Part shown: positions 1 to 9,443 of the stretch, in pieces
Position numbering within the stretch: the first letter of the stretch is position 1
Layout: each line of letters opens with the position of its first letter
Virus record (IMG/VR): IMGVR_UViG_2869221657_000003
Coordinates: 20,732 to 84,731 of that record
Direction: 5' to 3' (one strand)
DNA from: a virus
Lineage: Duplodnaviria; Caudoviricetes
DNA length: 64,000 nt
Made by a program: the position numbers and the translations under genes
Notes under the pieces: generated by a model
Database searches by the model: none
Told to the model about the DNA's origin: nothing
Seen by the model: only the letters and a program-made list of their open reading frames with translations

Positions 1-1
1 T

Positions 2-385
2 ACCGCTAGCGATTGGGATGTGCTTGCTGAACAAGCGTGGCATGTTCGGGATCACGCACGCCTTATCGGCAAGACCGCCGTAGGGGCGGCTGTGCTCTCT
101 CACCGGAAGCATATTCACGTCGGGTGCAATGTTGAGCATAAATACCGCGCGCATGATGTTCACGCGGAGGTTAATGCTCTTACCTCTATGGCTGCTGCCG
201 GTGACGGTAGGGCTATTGCAGTGGTTATCACTGCGGATCGTGAGAAGTTCACGCCGTGTGGCGGATGTATGGATTGGATCTTTGAGTTGGGCGGTCCTGA
301 CTGCCTGGTGGCGTTTCAGGGCAGGCCATACGACGGATTTACCACTCACCGCGCCGACGAATTGATGCCGCACTATCCCCGGTGA
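2..385 (+). CDS. Cytidine deaminase-family protein (frame open at the window start, 5' partial)
   Basis: GCNVE, HAE and PCGGC zinc-deaminase motifs. Confidence 0.8.
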   Translation, partial: TASDWDVLAEQAWHVRDHARLIGKTAVGAAVLSHRKHIHVGCNVEHKYRAHDVHAEVNALTSMAAAGDGRAIAVVITADREKFTPCGGCMDWIFELGGPDCLVAFQGRPYDGFTTHRADELMPHYPR

Positions 386-720
386 GTGAGCGTGAATGCC
401 GCCGGGTAACTAAAGAGCGCTGTGAGGGGTTCTGTGAGCGGTGCTGCTACGGCGGCACCCTCACCCTCCACCATCGCAAGAAACGCTCTCAGGGCGGCTT
501 ATGGACGGCTGAAAACTGCGTCCAGTTATGCGGCCACGGTACGGCGGGGTGTCACGGGTGGGTTGAGCACAACCCCAATGCGGCTGCCGCCGAGGGATGG
601 CATGTGCGGCCTTGGGAGGACCCGGCTGCGATTCCCCTGCTTTGGCGGGGCTCTACATGGGTGCTTCTAACCCCGGAAGGGACTTTTACAGATGACGCAG
701 ACGTTGGACGCGGCCCGTGA
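382..720 (+). CDS. HNH endonuclease
   Basis: CERC...HHRKKRSQGG...NCVQLC...CH pattern; GTGA overlap with the upstream gene. Confidence 0.75.
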   Translation: MSERECRRVTKERCEGFCERCCYGGTLTLHHRKKRSQGGLWTAENCVQLCGHGTAGCHGWVEHNPNAAAAEGWHVRPWEDPAAIPLLWRGSTWVLLTPEGTFTDDADVGRGP

Positions 721-1171
721 TTGGCTCCGGGACCGGGTAGACGACGGCGAAGAATGCCCTTGCTGCCGCCAGTTCGCAAAGGTCTATAAGCGCAAACTGA
801 ATGCCGGAATGGCGCGAGTCCTAATCGCCATGTACCGAAAGGCCGGTACGGACTGGACCTACCTGCCGCACGTTGACCTTAAGGACGGCGAGAAGCGCCG
901 CACTGTGGGTCACAGCGGCGAAATGTGCATGACTCGCTACTGGGGGCTTATCGAGGCTTACCCGGACACTAAGCGCGAGGATGGCAGTTCGCGGGTTGGC
1001 TGGTGGCGGCTTACCCCGCTAGGGGTGGAGTTCGTCTTAGGTCGGACGCAGGTCCCGAAGTACGCGCGGGTCTACAGCTCCCGGTGCCTTGGCCTAACCG
1101 GCGATCCGGTGTCTATTACCGACGCGCTGGGAACTAAATTCAACTACGCCGACCTTATGGCTGGCGTATGA
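692..1171 (+). CDS. Hypothetical protein, CPCC zinc motif plus possible winged helix
   Basis: CPCC motif, WRLTPLG wing-like motif, coupled to neighbouring genes. Confidence 0.55.
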   Translation: MTQTLDAARDWLRDRVDDGEECPCCRQFAKVYKRKLNAGMARVLIAMYRKAGTDWTYLPHVDLKDGEKRRTVGHSGEMCMTRYWGLIEAYPDTKREDGSSRVGWWRLTPLGVEFVLGRTQVPKYARVYSSRCLGLTGDPVSITDALGTKFNYADLMAGV

Positions 1172-1845
1172 GCGAGTTCGGGAAGATTCACCGGAAGTTC
1201 TGGGAACACCGGAAAGTCAAGCAATGCAGCAACGGCGCTATCGGCCTATGGGCCAAAGCGAACTCATGGTGCCGGGATAATCGGTCCGCCGGAGTAATCC
1301 CGCTAGACGACGTTCTGCTACTGGGCACCCGCGAGGAAGCCGACGAACTGGTTAACGCCGGGCTCTGGCTTAAGGGTGTTCGGGGTGACCTGCCGGTAGC
1401 GATCTTCAAAGACTACGAGGAATGGAACGATGACGTTGAACCTGATACGGAGGCGGGGAATCTTGTCCGCCGCGTGGTTCCAGCTTCGCACCCTTCGGTG
1501 GTGCGGGCTCAGCTGGTACGCCAAGCATCTTCTCTACTCCGCGAGGGCTTAGACCTCGGAGTTGTCGAGGCCGCGCTAAAGCTCTGGCTCACTAAGAGCC
1601 TGTCACCGTCTCTGTTGCCGTCTTTGGCGTCTGAGGCGATGAAAGATGCGCAGCGTGCAGCCACGCTGAGAAACACGATCAATGAATGCCTTAAGTCGGG
1701 TCAGGTATCTCCGCTTAAGGCATATGGCTTTATCTTCACAGCTCCCGATCCGCCGGATGGTTTGGACGTTGAACAGCGTCGAGCTTTCATGGGTGGCGCT
1801 AAGCGGGACTGGCTGAGGGAACTCAAGGAAAGGGTGGCTGCCTAA
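1168..1845 (+). CDS. Putative replication initiator / helicase-loader-like protein
   Basis: N-terminus (KIHRKFW...AIGLW) resembles actinophage replication proteins; lies upstream of DnaB. Confidence 0.5.
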   Translation: MSEFGKIHRKFWEHRKVKQCSNGAIGLWAKANSWCRDNRSAGVIPLDDVLLLGTREEADELVNAGLWLKGVRGDLPVAIFKDYEEWNDDVEPDTEAGNLVRRVVPASHPSVVRAQLVRQASSLLREGLDLGVVEAALKLWLTKSLSPSLLPSLASEAMKDAQRAATLRNTINECLKSGQVSPLKAYGFIFTAPDPPDGLDVEQRRAFMGGAKRDWLRELKERVAA

Positions 1846-2147
1846 TGGGTGTCGCTTATCCGCGCCGCGATGACGCGGTGTATTACGAGGAATTTGACGG
1901 GTCGCTGGAATCCGCGCAGCGGGTTGCCAACCTGACGGGCCTTAAGGTCAACATCGCCTTATTGCCCGCAGACGGTTACCGCCTTGGCGACACAGTTCGC
2001 ATTAAGGAGCTGTCATTCGGTGCCCCAACCAATATCGTTACAGCAGAGGACGTTGTTGTAGCGACGGGCCGCTTGAATAAATCTTTGCGTATCACGGTCA
2101 TGGACCGTTGGACCTTCGCGGAAAAGTTCAGCAAGGATGGCAGTTGA
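1845..2147 (+). CDS. Hypothetical protein
   Basis: Coupled ORF (TAATG overlap upstream, TTGA overlap downstream). Confidence 0.6.
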   Translation: MGVAYPRRDDAVYYEEFDGSLESAQRVANLTGLKVNIALLPADGYRLGDTVRIKELSFGAPTNIVTAEDVVVATGRLNKSLRITVMDRWTFAEKFSKDGS

Positions 2148-3409
2148 GCGAACCGATGCCGCCTCACGACTTGGCGGCAGAGCAGTGCGTAATCGGATCG
2201 CTACTCATGTCACAAGCTGCACTTAACACAGTAGCCACGATGCTTACCGTGTCGGATTTCTACCGGCCCGTTCACGGTGAGATATTCGCGGCGGCGCTAG
2301 CCCTGGTGGCTGCCGGTGAGCCGGTCGACGCTATGACGGTCGCGCGTGAGCTTGAGACACGCGGCCAGCTCGCCAAGATTGGTGGCGCTCCGTACCTGCT
2401 GACCTGCATCGAGGTCACGCCTACGGCCTACAACGTGTCGTCGTACGCGCAGATCGTCTTGGACAAGGCCCAGCTCCGGCGGCTGTCCGAGCTGGGAACA
2501 CGGCTTAAGCAGCTGGCGTACACGGAGGCGTCAACGTCTGATGATGTTCACGCCCTGATGAGCCAGGGTGAGAAGTTTTTCCGCGAGCAGTACGAGCCGG
2601 ATAGAGCGTCATTGACGTTCGATCTGCTGGCTGATTCGTGGGAGGAATGGCTTGCCAGCTCTGAGAGTGTGATCCCAACGCCGTGGCCCTCACTGAACGA
2701 CAGTCTGAACGGCGGTCTACGTCGCGGTGCGCTCTATTGCATAGCCGCCCGGCCTGGTGTCGGTAAAAGTGTCGCAGCGTTGCAGATAGCGGGCCATACG
2801 TCGCATTGGGGATTCCATAGCGCCGTGTTCTCAATGGAAATGTCCAGAGATGAAGTGATGTCCCGGCGGATTGCTGACGGGGCGGGCGTCAATTTCAGCC
2901 ACATCATGCGTAAAAAGCTGGACCTTGAAGAACGAGCCCGGATTGACCGGTGGCTTAAGGAAAACCGGACCCTGCCTTTCGAGGTTAACGACCGGTCGCG
3001 GCAGACGGTCGAGCAGATCGTTAGTCACGCCCGGTCAATGGCAAAGGTTGATGTGCTGGTTGTCGACTATTTGCAGCTGATGGCTGCGACAGACAAAAAG
3101 GCGTCACGGGAGCAGCAAGTGGCTCACATGTCGCGTGAGTTGAAGATCGCGGCTAAGGAATTGAATGTGGCAATCGTCGCGTGTTCCCAGCTGAACCGTG
3201 GCCCGCTACAGGGCGGTAAGGTGCGCGCCCCGAATATCGGTGACTTGCGCGAGTCGGGCGCTATCGAGCAGGACTGCGATGTGGTTTTGCTGCTGCACAA
3301 CGACGAGGACGATCCCGGCATTCTGCAAATGATCGTGGGGAAGAACCGTAACGGGAGGATGGGCGATCTTGCACTCAGTTTCGAGGGGCATTACCAGCGG
3401 ATTTCATAG
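2144..3409 (+). CDS. dnaB: DnaB-like replicative helicase
   Basis: PPHDLAAEQCVIG N-terminus, Walker A ARPGVGKS, VVDYLQLM, SQLNR, DLRESGAIEQD, KNRNG. Confidence 0.95.
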   Translation: MSEPMPPHDLAAEQCVIGSLLMSQAALNTVATMLTVSDFYRPVHGEIFAAALALVAAGEPVDAMTVARELETRGQLAKIGGAPYLLTCIEVTPTAYNVSSYAQIVLDKAQLRRLSELGTRLKQLAYTEASTSDDVHALMSQGEKFFREQYEPDRASLTFDLLADSWEEWLASSESVIPTPWPSLNDSLNGGLRRGALYCIAARPGVGKSVAALQIAGHTSHWGFHSAVFSMEMSRDEVMSRRIADGAGVNFSHIMRKKLDLEERARIDRWLKENRTLPFEVNDRSRQTVEQIVSHARSMAKVDVLVVDYLQLMAATDKKASREQQVAHMSRELKIAAKELNVAIVACSQLNRGPLQGGKVRAPNIGDLRESGAIEQDCDVVLLLHNDEDDPGILQMIVGKNRNGRMGDLALSFEGHYQRIS

Positions 3410-3708
3410 TGAGCATTGAATTGCTTATGTCACCTAAGCCTCTTAGGTGGCAGGACGAGGCCAATTGCCACGATGATCCCCGATTCACGGGCGTTATGAA
3501 GACACTAACTCTTGCCGATAGGCGGGAGATGCGCGCTAAGTGCGGTGTCTGTGCCGTTTTCGATGAGTGTTGGACCTGGGCGCGCGATGAGCAGGTGACG
3601 GGTGTTTTCGCGGCGGGCTATAGGAGGTTTTCGCCAGATGAGTTACGTGATTCCAAAGAGGACTGTGGAAAAGCTGGGCCTGGGGACGAACCTTATGGCG
3701 CAGCTTAA
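3409..3708 (+). CDS. WhiB-like Fe-S transcription factor (divergent)
   Basis: WQDEANC...CGVCAVFDEC...GVFAAG, four-Cys WhiB pattern. Confidence 0.7.
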   Translation: MSIELLMSPKPLRWQDEANCHDDPRFTGVMKTLTLADRREMRAKCGVCAVFDECWTWARDEQVTGVFAAGYRRFSPDELRDSKEDCGKAGPGDEPYGAA

Positions 3709-3934
3709 CGACCGGTGCGCGGGCTGCGGCAATTCCGCTTATGGCGGGCGGCATGGTGCTTGCGAGCGCTGCGAGGGCGGCTACGAGGACGAAGACGAGT
3801 ATCCCCGTGATTGAGCCTGACGACGACTACATAAACCCGATAGGTGAACAACTCCCTATCGAAACAATTGTTGAGCTAGCCGCAGCGCACTTCGTTATCC
3901 GGCTCGCGCGAATCATTGGCTTAGGGGATGACAC

Positions 3935-4810
3935 ATGGCCGTTTTTTTGAGGACTTACACGCCCAGCGCTGGGACTTGGCGGAATGCTGCTGAGGTTTTC
4001 AAGTTTCCGGGCGGGGAGGTCCACCTTAAGAACATCATCCCGGAGGCCGACGAGAAGACGGTCTATATCGCGGATGTTCGTGGTGCGGACTTAGACGACC
4101 TTATGGCGGCTGCCTTGTGGGCGGACATAGCGCACGACCGCGAAATGTGGTTCGTGCTGAAACTGCCGTACCTCCCAGCGGCGCGGGCCGACAAGAGCGA
4201 TGGCACTCAGCCAATCGCTAAGTACGTCTATGCCAAGTTCATTGAGTCTATGGGCGCTGATCAGATCATCACGATTGACACCCATTCCGGGTTCGGTAAC
4301 GGCACTTGGTACGGGGCCGAACATGGCCTGCTGGACCTTAGCCCGCTGCCGTTGATTGACCGGGCTTTGGAGACTCAGGGGCATTGGCGCTACGACGGGA
4401 TTATCGCCCCGGATAAGGGCGCGGTGGATCGCGCTGGCGCGGTCGCTAAGCATTACGGGCTGGACCTGTATGTGGCCGACAAGGTGCGGGATTTCAACTC
4501 CGGGATTCTGCTGGACTACAAGCTGACGGTACCTAAGAGCGGCAAGTATCTGGTGGTTGACGATATCTGCGATGGCGGTTGGACCTTTACAGAGTTGGCG
4601 GACGCCAGTGGACTTGACCGCGCGCACCTTGACCTGTGGGTTACGCACGGCATTTTCTCCGGTAAAGCGAATCTGCTTACCCGTTATTACGGGCGGATTA
4701 TGACGACCGATTCTCACCCTGGGCATAACCGGGTGGGTGTGGCTTCGTCAATCGTGCCGACTTTCACTTACATGCACGAAACGATGGTTGAAGGGCTTAA
4801 ATATGTCTAG
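3935..4810 (+). CDS. Ribose-phosphate pyrophosphokinase-like protein; probable Adps (ADPR-PP synthetase) of NARP1
   Basis: FPGGEVH, LPYLPAARADK, APDKGA, VVDDICDGGWTF, THGIFS; directly coupled to the NAMPT-like gene. Confidence 0.85.
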   Translation: MAVFLRTYTPSAGTWRNAAEVFKFPGGEVHLKNIIPEADEKTVYIADVRGADLDDLMAAALWADIAHDREMWFVLKLPYLPAARADKSDGTQPIAKYVYAKFIESMGADQIITIDTHSGFGNGTWYGAEHGLLDLSPLPLIDRALETQGHWRYDGIIAPDKGAVDRAGAVAKHYGLDLYVADKVRDFNSGILLDYKLTVPKSGKYLVVDDICDGGWTFTELADASGLDRAHLDLWVTHGIFSGKANLLTRYYGRIMTTDSHPGHNRVGVASSIVPTFTYMHETMVEGLKYV

Positions 4811-6284
4811 GTTCGCGCCGGTAGCGGCACTCTTTGAAACCGATGCTTACAAGCTCGGTCATATCGACCAGTACGCGCTCAGCGGCAAGGTGAGCGGCGT
4901 GTACTCAAATTGGACTAACCGCAAGTCACGCTTGCCTGGCGTCGACAAGGTTGTCCACTTCGGATTGCAGGCGTATATCCAGGCTCACCTGGTAGACGCT
5001 TTCAAGCCTTTCTTCGCGGCTAATGAGGATGAAGTGGCGTTGCTCTACCGCGAGCGGGTCACTCAGGTTCTCGGGCCGGATGCTGCGGAGAGTATCGGTA
5101 CCGCCCATATTCGGGCGCTTCATCACCTGGGCTATCTGCCTCTGCGGTTCTGCGCGGTCCCGGAGGGCACCCTTGTGCCTATCGGTGTGCCTTCGTTCAC
5201 GGTGGAGAACACCTTGGACGATTTCTACTGGCTGACCAACTACGTCGAGACGGGCATTAGCGCCGGGGTGTGGCAGCCGTCTACGTCTGCGACCATCGCT
5301 AAGGAATACCGGCGCGTCATGGAACGTGCTGCTCTGCTGACGGGTGCGGATCGTGTCGGGATCGACTGGCAGATTCACGATTTCAGCTATCGGGGTATGT
5401 CGTCGCATGAGACGGCGGCGGCGTCCGGTGCGGCTCACCTGTTGAGCTTCACGGGCACGGATTCGCTGGTGGCTCTCGATTGGATCGACCGCTATTACGG
5501 CGGCGAGTACATCGCGGGGTCGGTGCCTGCTACTGAGCACTCGGTGATGTGTACCGGCATCGAGTCTGTGGGCGAGCTGGAGACGTTCTCCCGGCTGCTG
5601 GACCTGTACCCGACCGGCATTGTCAGCGTTGTTTCTGACACGTTCGATCTGTGGAAGGTGCTCACGGTTTACCTTCCGGCGCTTAGGGACAAGATTCTGG
5701 CGCGGGACGGCAAGCTGGTTATCCGGCCTGACTCGGGTGACCCGGAAAAGATCATCTGTGGTGATCCGTCTGCGCCGTATGGTTCGCCGGAGTGGAAGGG
5801 CGCGCTGGGGCTGCTCTACGACACGTTCGGCGGGTCTAAGAACGCTGCCGGGTTCATTGACATTGATCCGCATGTGGGTCTGATCTATGGCGACTCGATC
5901 ACGCTGGACCGCGCCAAGAGCATCACGGAGCGTATGCGGCGGTCGAACCTGTCGTCGGCCAATGTGGTGTTCGGTGTGGGTTCCTTTACGTACCAGCACA
6001 ATACGCGCGACACGTTCGGGTCTGCGATGAAAGCGACGTGGGCGAAGGTCGACGGCAAGGGCGTGAACCTGCTGAAGAATCCGATCACCGACGACGGCAC
6101 TAAGAAGTCTGCTACCGGGCGTTTGGCGGTGCTGCATGACTTGACCGGCGAGCTGGTGTTGGTGCAGGACGCCGACGCCTACGACGAGTCGGCCAGTGTG
6201 CTCCGTCCGATCTGGGAGAACGGCCAGTTTGTGAATCGGCAGACGTTCGCCGAGGTCAGGGCCAATTTGGCCCGTCAGCCCTAA
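4803..6284 (+). CDS. Nicotinamide phosphoribosyltransferase-like protein; probable Namat of NARP1
   Basis: TDAYKLGH, HDFSYRG, PATEHSVM, VSDTFD, IRPDSGDP, YGDSIT, RDTFGSAMKAT; ATG at 4803 overlaps the upstream gene. Confidence 0.88.
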   Translation: MSRFAPVAALFETDAYKLGHIDQYALSGKVSGVYSNWTNRKSRLPGVDKVVHFGLQAYIQAHLVDAFKPFFAANEDEVALLYRERVTQVLGPDAAESIGTAHIRALHHLGYLPLRFCAVPEGTLVPIGVPSFTVENTLDDFYWLTNYVETGISAGVWQPSTSATIAKEYRRVMERAALLTGADRVGIDWQIHDFSYRGMSSHETAAASGAAHLLSFTGTDSLVALDWIDRYYGGEYIAGSVPATEHSVMCTGIESVGELETFSRLLDLYPTGIVSVVSDTFDLWKVLTVYLPALRDKILARDGKLVIRPDSGDPEKIICGDPSAPYGSPEWKGALGLLYDTFGGSKNAAGFIDIDPHVGLIYGDSITLDRAKSITERMRRSNLSSANVVFGVGSFTYQHNTRDTFGSAMKATWAKVDGKGVNLLKNPITDDGTKKSATGRLAVLHDLTGELVLVQDADAYDESASVLRPIWENGQFVNRQTFAEVRANLARQP

Positions 6285-6375
6285 TTCTGTTTGTCCGATT
6301 TTCCGGACAGTTTGGACTGTTTCCGGAGTACGGCTGCTGTACTTGATCCATCGCAGCAACAACTTGGAGGTTTAA

Positions 6376-6600
6376 ATGAGCACTGTCGCAAAGACGACTA
6401 AGCAGAACGGCACGGTCACTCTGGAGTTCCCGGAGCAGCTGGCCCCGTTCGTCAAGATCGGCCTCAAGAACATCGGGGTGAAGCTGGCCCAGGATGACCA
6501 GTTCCACACGAATGACAAGAGGTCGCTGTCGGCCAGCGTGGCGTCCATCGGGCTCGCTGACATTTATGACTCGATGACTCAGGCTGGGGTGTTTTACTAA
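6376..6600 (+). CDS. Hypothetical protein
   Basis: GGAGG RBS, coupled to PNKP. Confidence 0.6.
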   Translation: MSTVAKTTKQNGTVTLEFPEQLAPFVKIGLKNIGVKLAQDDQFHTNDKRSLSASVASIGLADIYDSMTQAGVFY

Positions 6601-7559
6601 TGACCCTGACGCTTACCGCGATGCGGGGTTATCCGGGTTCAGGTAAGTCCACTAAGGCGCGGGAAATCGCTAACGAAACCGGCGCGGTAGTTGTTTGTCG
6701 GGTCGAGCTGCGGAAGATGCTCCACGATAACTACTTCACTGGGAATAAGGACCGTGAGGCCGAGGTCACTGTTGCGGAGCGTGCGCAGGTTAGCGCGTTC
6801 CTGAAGAACGGTACGTCGGTGATCGTGGATGCCACGCATTTGGAGCCGTCTTACCTGCGTAAGTGGGCGAAGATGGCGAGCCAGTACGGCGCGAAGTTTG
6901 AGCGCGTCGACATGGACACTCCGGCGGCGGACTGCATCCGGCGGGACCATGCACGCCAGCTCACTAAGACTGCTGGTCGCGTGGTCGGCGAAGACGTGAT
7001 TAAGCGGATGGCTAAGCGTCACCCGCAGAAGAACTGGCCGGATATCCAAGCGCCGCCCACGTTCACGCCGGTGCCGGTCGAATGGGTCGACGGACTGCCT
7101 GAGGCAATCATCGTGGATATCGACGGCACGGTGGCCCATATGGACGGGCGTTCGCCGTACGACTACACACAGGTCCACACGGACACGGTTGACGAGCATG
7201 TTAGGTGGCTGGTCAATCTGGCTGCGTCTATCCGCTACGACTCGGTTGTAGAGGCGCGCGACCTGCCATATCCGCGTGTCCTGTTCGTCTCGGGTCGGGA
7301 TGATTCCTGCCGGGACGAGACGGTCAAGTGGTTGGCGAACCACGGCATTCAGTTCGATGAGCTGCACATGCGGCCTACCGGCGCTAAGGACGGCAATGGG
7401 AACAAGTTGCCTGACTACCTGGTGAAGTCGACGCTGTTCGATGAGAACATTCGCGGCAAATACAACGTCCGCTTCGTGCTGGACGACCGTGACCAGGTTG
7501 TGAACCTGTGGCGCTCGCTGGGGCTTAAGTGCCTGCAAGTTCAGCCGGGGGACTTCTAA
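6600..7559 (+). CDS. Polynucleotide kinase / 3'-phosphatase (T4 Pnkp-like)
   Basis: N-terminal P-loop GYPGSGKST, HAD motif VDIDGT, SGR, LDDRDQVV. Confidence 0.92.
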   Translation: MTLTLTAMRGYPGSGKSTKAREIANETGAVVVCRVELRKMLHDNYFTGNKDREAEVTVAERAQVSAFLKNGTSVIVDATHLEPSYLRKWAKMASQYGAKFERVDMDTPAADCIRRDHARQLTKTAGRVVGEDVIKRMAKRHPQKNWPDIQAPPTFTPVPVEWVDGLPEAIIVDIDGTVAHMDGRSPYDYTQVHTDTVDEHVRWLVNLAASIRYDSVVEARDLPYPRVLFVSGRDDSCRDETVKWLANHGIQFDELHMRPTGAKDGNGNKLPDYLVKSTLFDENIRGKYNVRFVLDDRDQVVNLWRSLGLKCLQVQPGDF

Positions 7560-7610
7560 CCAGGCGGGCCGCATATTTGAAATGAGGCAGCAGTAGAACA
7601 CCTGCTAACA

Positions 7611-7991
7611 GTGCCGATGAAGCGACCGCCCCTAACCACCAATCAGGCGTGGCAATCCCACTGGCGGAAACGTTCAGACGCAAAGAAGCAAGTAGAAGAA
7701 ACAGTAGGTTGGTTGGCCCGGCAGGCGGGCTTAAAAGACTTAGGTCCGTCTGTCGTGTCAATCACCTGGTACGCCCCGGATAGACGCAACCGGGATTCGG
7801 ACTCACTAGCGGAGTTCCAAAAAGGTGTATTAGACGGCCTGGTGAAAGTCGGTGTTTGGCCCGACGATCACAGCGATTACGTCATACAGACGCGGCTAGC
7901 CGTAACTAAGGCAGAGACACGAAACCCTCGTATTGAGATAAGGATTTGGGAAGTTGACGACACCAGAATTGAGATGGTGGGAACTGGCTGA
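7611..7991 (+). CDS. rusA: RusA-like Holliday junction resolvase
   Basis: PDRRNRDSDS...KGVLDGL...WPDD acidic motif pattern. Confidence 0.85.
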   Translation: MPMKRPPLTTNQAWQSHWRKRSDAKKQVEETVGWLARQAGLKDLGPSVVSITWYAPDRRNRDSDSLAEFQKGVLDGLVKVGVWPDDHSDYVIQTRLAVTKAETRNPRIEIRIWEVDDTRIEMVGTG

Positions 7992-8292
7992 GTGCCAGTA
8001 CATCGGCATTGAGGCATTCTACGCCGAAGGGCAAGGCCACAAGATGACTGAGGCTAAGAAAATCTGCGCCGGGTGCCCGGTCGTTAGCGAGTGCTTAGAG
8101 GCCGCGCTAATCGAGGAAAGCGGCCTTGACTACAACCACCGCTTCGGGATGCGCGGCGCGTTGAGCCCCCGTGAACGGTGGGCGCTAGCTAAGGAACGCG
8201 GTGAGGACACCGAGTTCGATAACGGCGAGCCGGTTTATTGGCCTGTCGAAATGGAGCCTGTTTATTGGCCCGTCGAGTTGGAGGTTGCGTGA
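7954..8292 (+). CDS. WhiB-family transcription factor
   Basis: WWELAEC...AKKICAGCPVVSEC...FGMRGALSPRER. Confidence 0.85.
   Translation: MTTPELRWWELAECQYIGIEAFYAEGQGHKMTEAKKICAGCPVVSECLEAALIEESGLDYNHRFGMRGALSPRERWALAKERGEDTEFDNGEPVYWPVEMEPVYWPVELEVA
8227..8280 (+). repeat. 27-bp imperfect tandem duplication (EPVYWPVEM / EPVYWPVEL)
   Basis: gagccggtttattggcctgtcgaaatg followed by gagcctgtttattggcccgtcgagttg. Confidence 0.85.
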
Positions 8293-8663
8293 GTAAGTCG
8301 CCAGGACGAATCGTCAAGCGCATGGGATTGGGCCAGGAGACTATTCAGGTAAAGAACCTGAGTGGTATTCGTACCCGCCTTATCCCGGAGTTGGAGATTC
8401 CGGAACTTCCGGGCGCAGCCTGCAAGGGTGTGGTTACCGGCCCTGAGAATGACATCTTCCATCCCGGCCCTGGCGCTGGTGGCCGCAATAAGCGTGACGC
8501 CGCTAAGGCGATGTGCGGGGGTTGCCCGGTTAAAGCGGCGTGCTTGGAGTACGCGCTTGATTGGGACTCAAGCCATGACTATTACGAGCGGTCCGAAGGT
8601 GTGTGGGGGGGAACCACTGAGGCGGAACGCAAGGAAATCCTTAAGGGGAGAAATGCTGCTTAG
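8289..8663 (+). CDS. WhiB-family transcription factor
   Basis: GAAC...AKAMCGGCPVKAAC...GVWGGTTEAER; GTG start in a GTGA overlap. Confidence 0.9.
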   Translation: MSKSPGRIVKRMGLGQETIQVKNLSGIRTRLIPELEIPELPGAACKGVVTGPENDIFHPGPGAGGRNKRDAAKAMCGGCPVKAACLEYALDWDSSHDYYERSEGVWGGTTEAERKEILKGRNAA

Positions 8664-8898
8664 CACGAAAATCAAGCTGGACTGCGGGGGTGTGCTTAGC
8701 TACTCGCTCAATCCGAAGTACGGCACGCATTGTGTGTACGTCGACAAGGGGTGCGGCCAGAGTGATTTGTCCGCCCCTATTGTTTTCCTGCCCGGCGAGG
8801 CGATCAATCTGCTTGGTCCTCACCGTGACGCTAACCCGGAGGTTCAAGAGCTAATCCGTTGGCTCTCTAACCTGCCAAGTGGTCAGCGGTGGTTCTAG
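8653..8898 (+). CDS. Hypothetical protein
   Basis: GGAG RBS, coupled ORF. Confidence 0.5.
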   Translation: MLLSTKIKLDCGGVLSYSLNPKYGTHCVYVDKGCGQSDLSAPIVFLPGEAINLLGPHRDANPEVQELIRWLSNLPSGQRWF

Positions 8899-9443
8899 AG
8901 CCACGCTGCCGCGCCGGTAAGCGCTGTGTGAGCCGTACGCCTGACGGCCCCGCCATCACGGCGCTACGGCCCCTGTGTGACGGGTGCGTGCGCGACGTGC
9001 AGAAGTGCCTTGACGAGCTGCCCACCTATCTCGGCCTGTTGGACAAGTACAAGGGCTACATCCCACGTTCGGTAGGCCAGTCCAAGGTTAAGGGCTCCGC
9101 TGAACCTAAGGCTCCGCTGAACCTGACGGTCATGGATTTGATCGCAGAGATAGGCGCGCTGATCCGCCGGGTCGACGGTTACCAGATTCGGGACCTGATC
9201 ACCCTTACCGGCGGGCTGGAGATAGCTCTTGATGTCCGCGCGGCCCATTCCAAGGCTGACGGCATTATCGGGCTACAGCGGATTTGGGAGCGGCGGCGGG
9301 TGCCGTGTCCTGAGTGCAAGCTGCCAACTTTGGGCGGTTGGGTTGGTGAAGAAAAAATCTACTGCACAAATTCTGACTGCGGGACGACTCTGACTAAGGC
9401 GCAATATGAAGACTACTGCGAGGTTAAATCCCGTAAGCGGTGA
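8889..9443 (+). CDS. Cys-rich actinophage hypothetical protein (zinc-binding)
   Basis: C-x5-C, CDGC, CPEC, C-x4-C motifs. Confidence 0.6.
   Translation: MVLEPRCRAGKRCVSRTPDGPAITALRPLCDGCVRDVQKCLDELPTYLGLLDKYKGYIPRSVGQSKVKGSAEPKAPLNLTVMDLIAEIGALIRRVDGYQIRDLITLTGGLEIALDVRAAHSKADGIIGLQRIWERRRVPCPECKLPTLGGWVGEEKIYCTNSDCGTTLTKAQYEDYCEVKSRKR

Noticed and set aside
3935-6284. NARP2 or ordinary NAD salvage interpretation
   Set aside because: The partner gene is Prs-like, not NMNAT-like, which fits NARP1 better.
4926-6362. 478-aa minus-strand ORF, and similar long antisense ORFs (4091-4726, 6639-7601, 12692-14086, 16151-16933, 32789-33667, 33881-34795)
   Set aside because: Shadow ORFs opposite well-supported genes in GC-rich DNA, with no recognisable motifs.
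8227-8280. Possible CRISPR-like repeat
   Set aside because: Only two adjacent in-frame copies with no spacer; a coding duplication. No CRISPR array was seen anywhere in the window.
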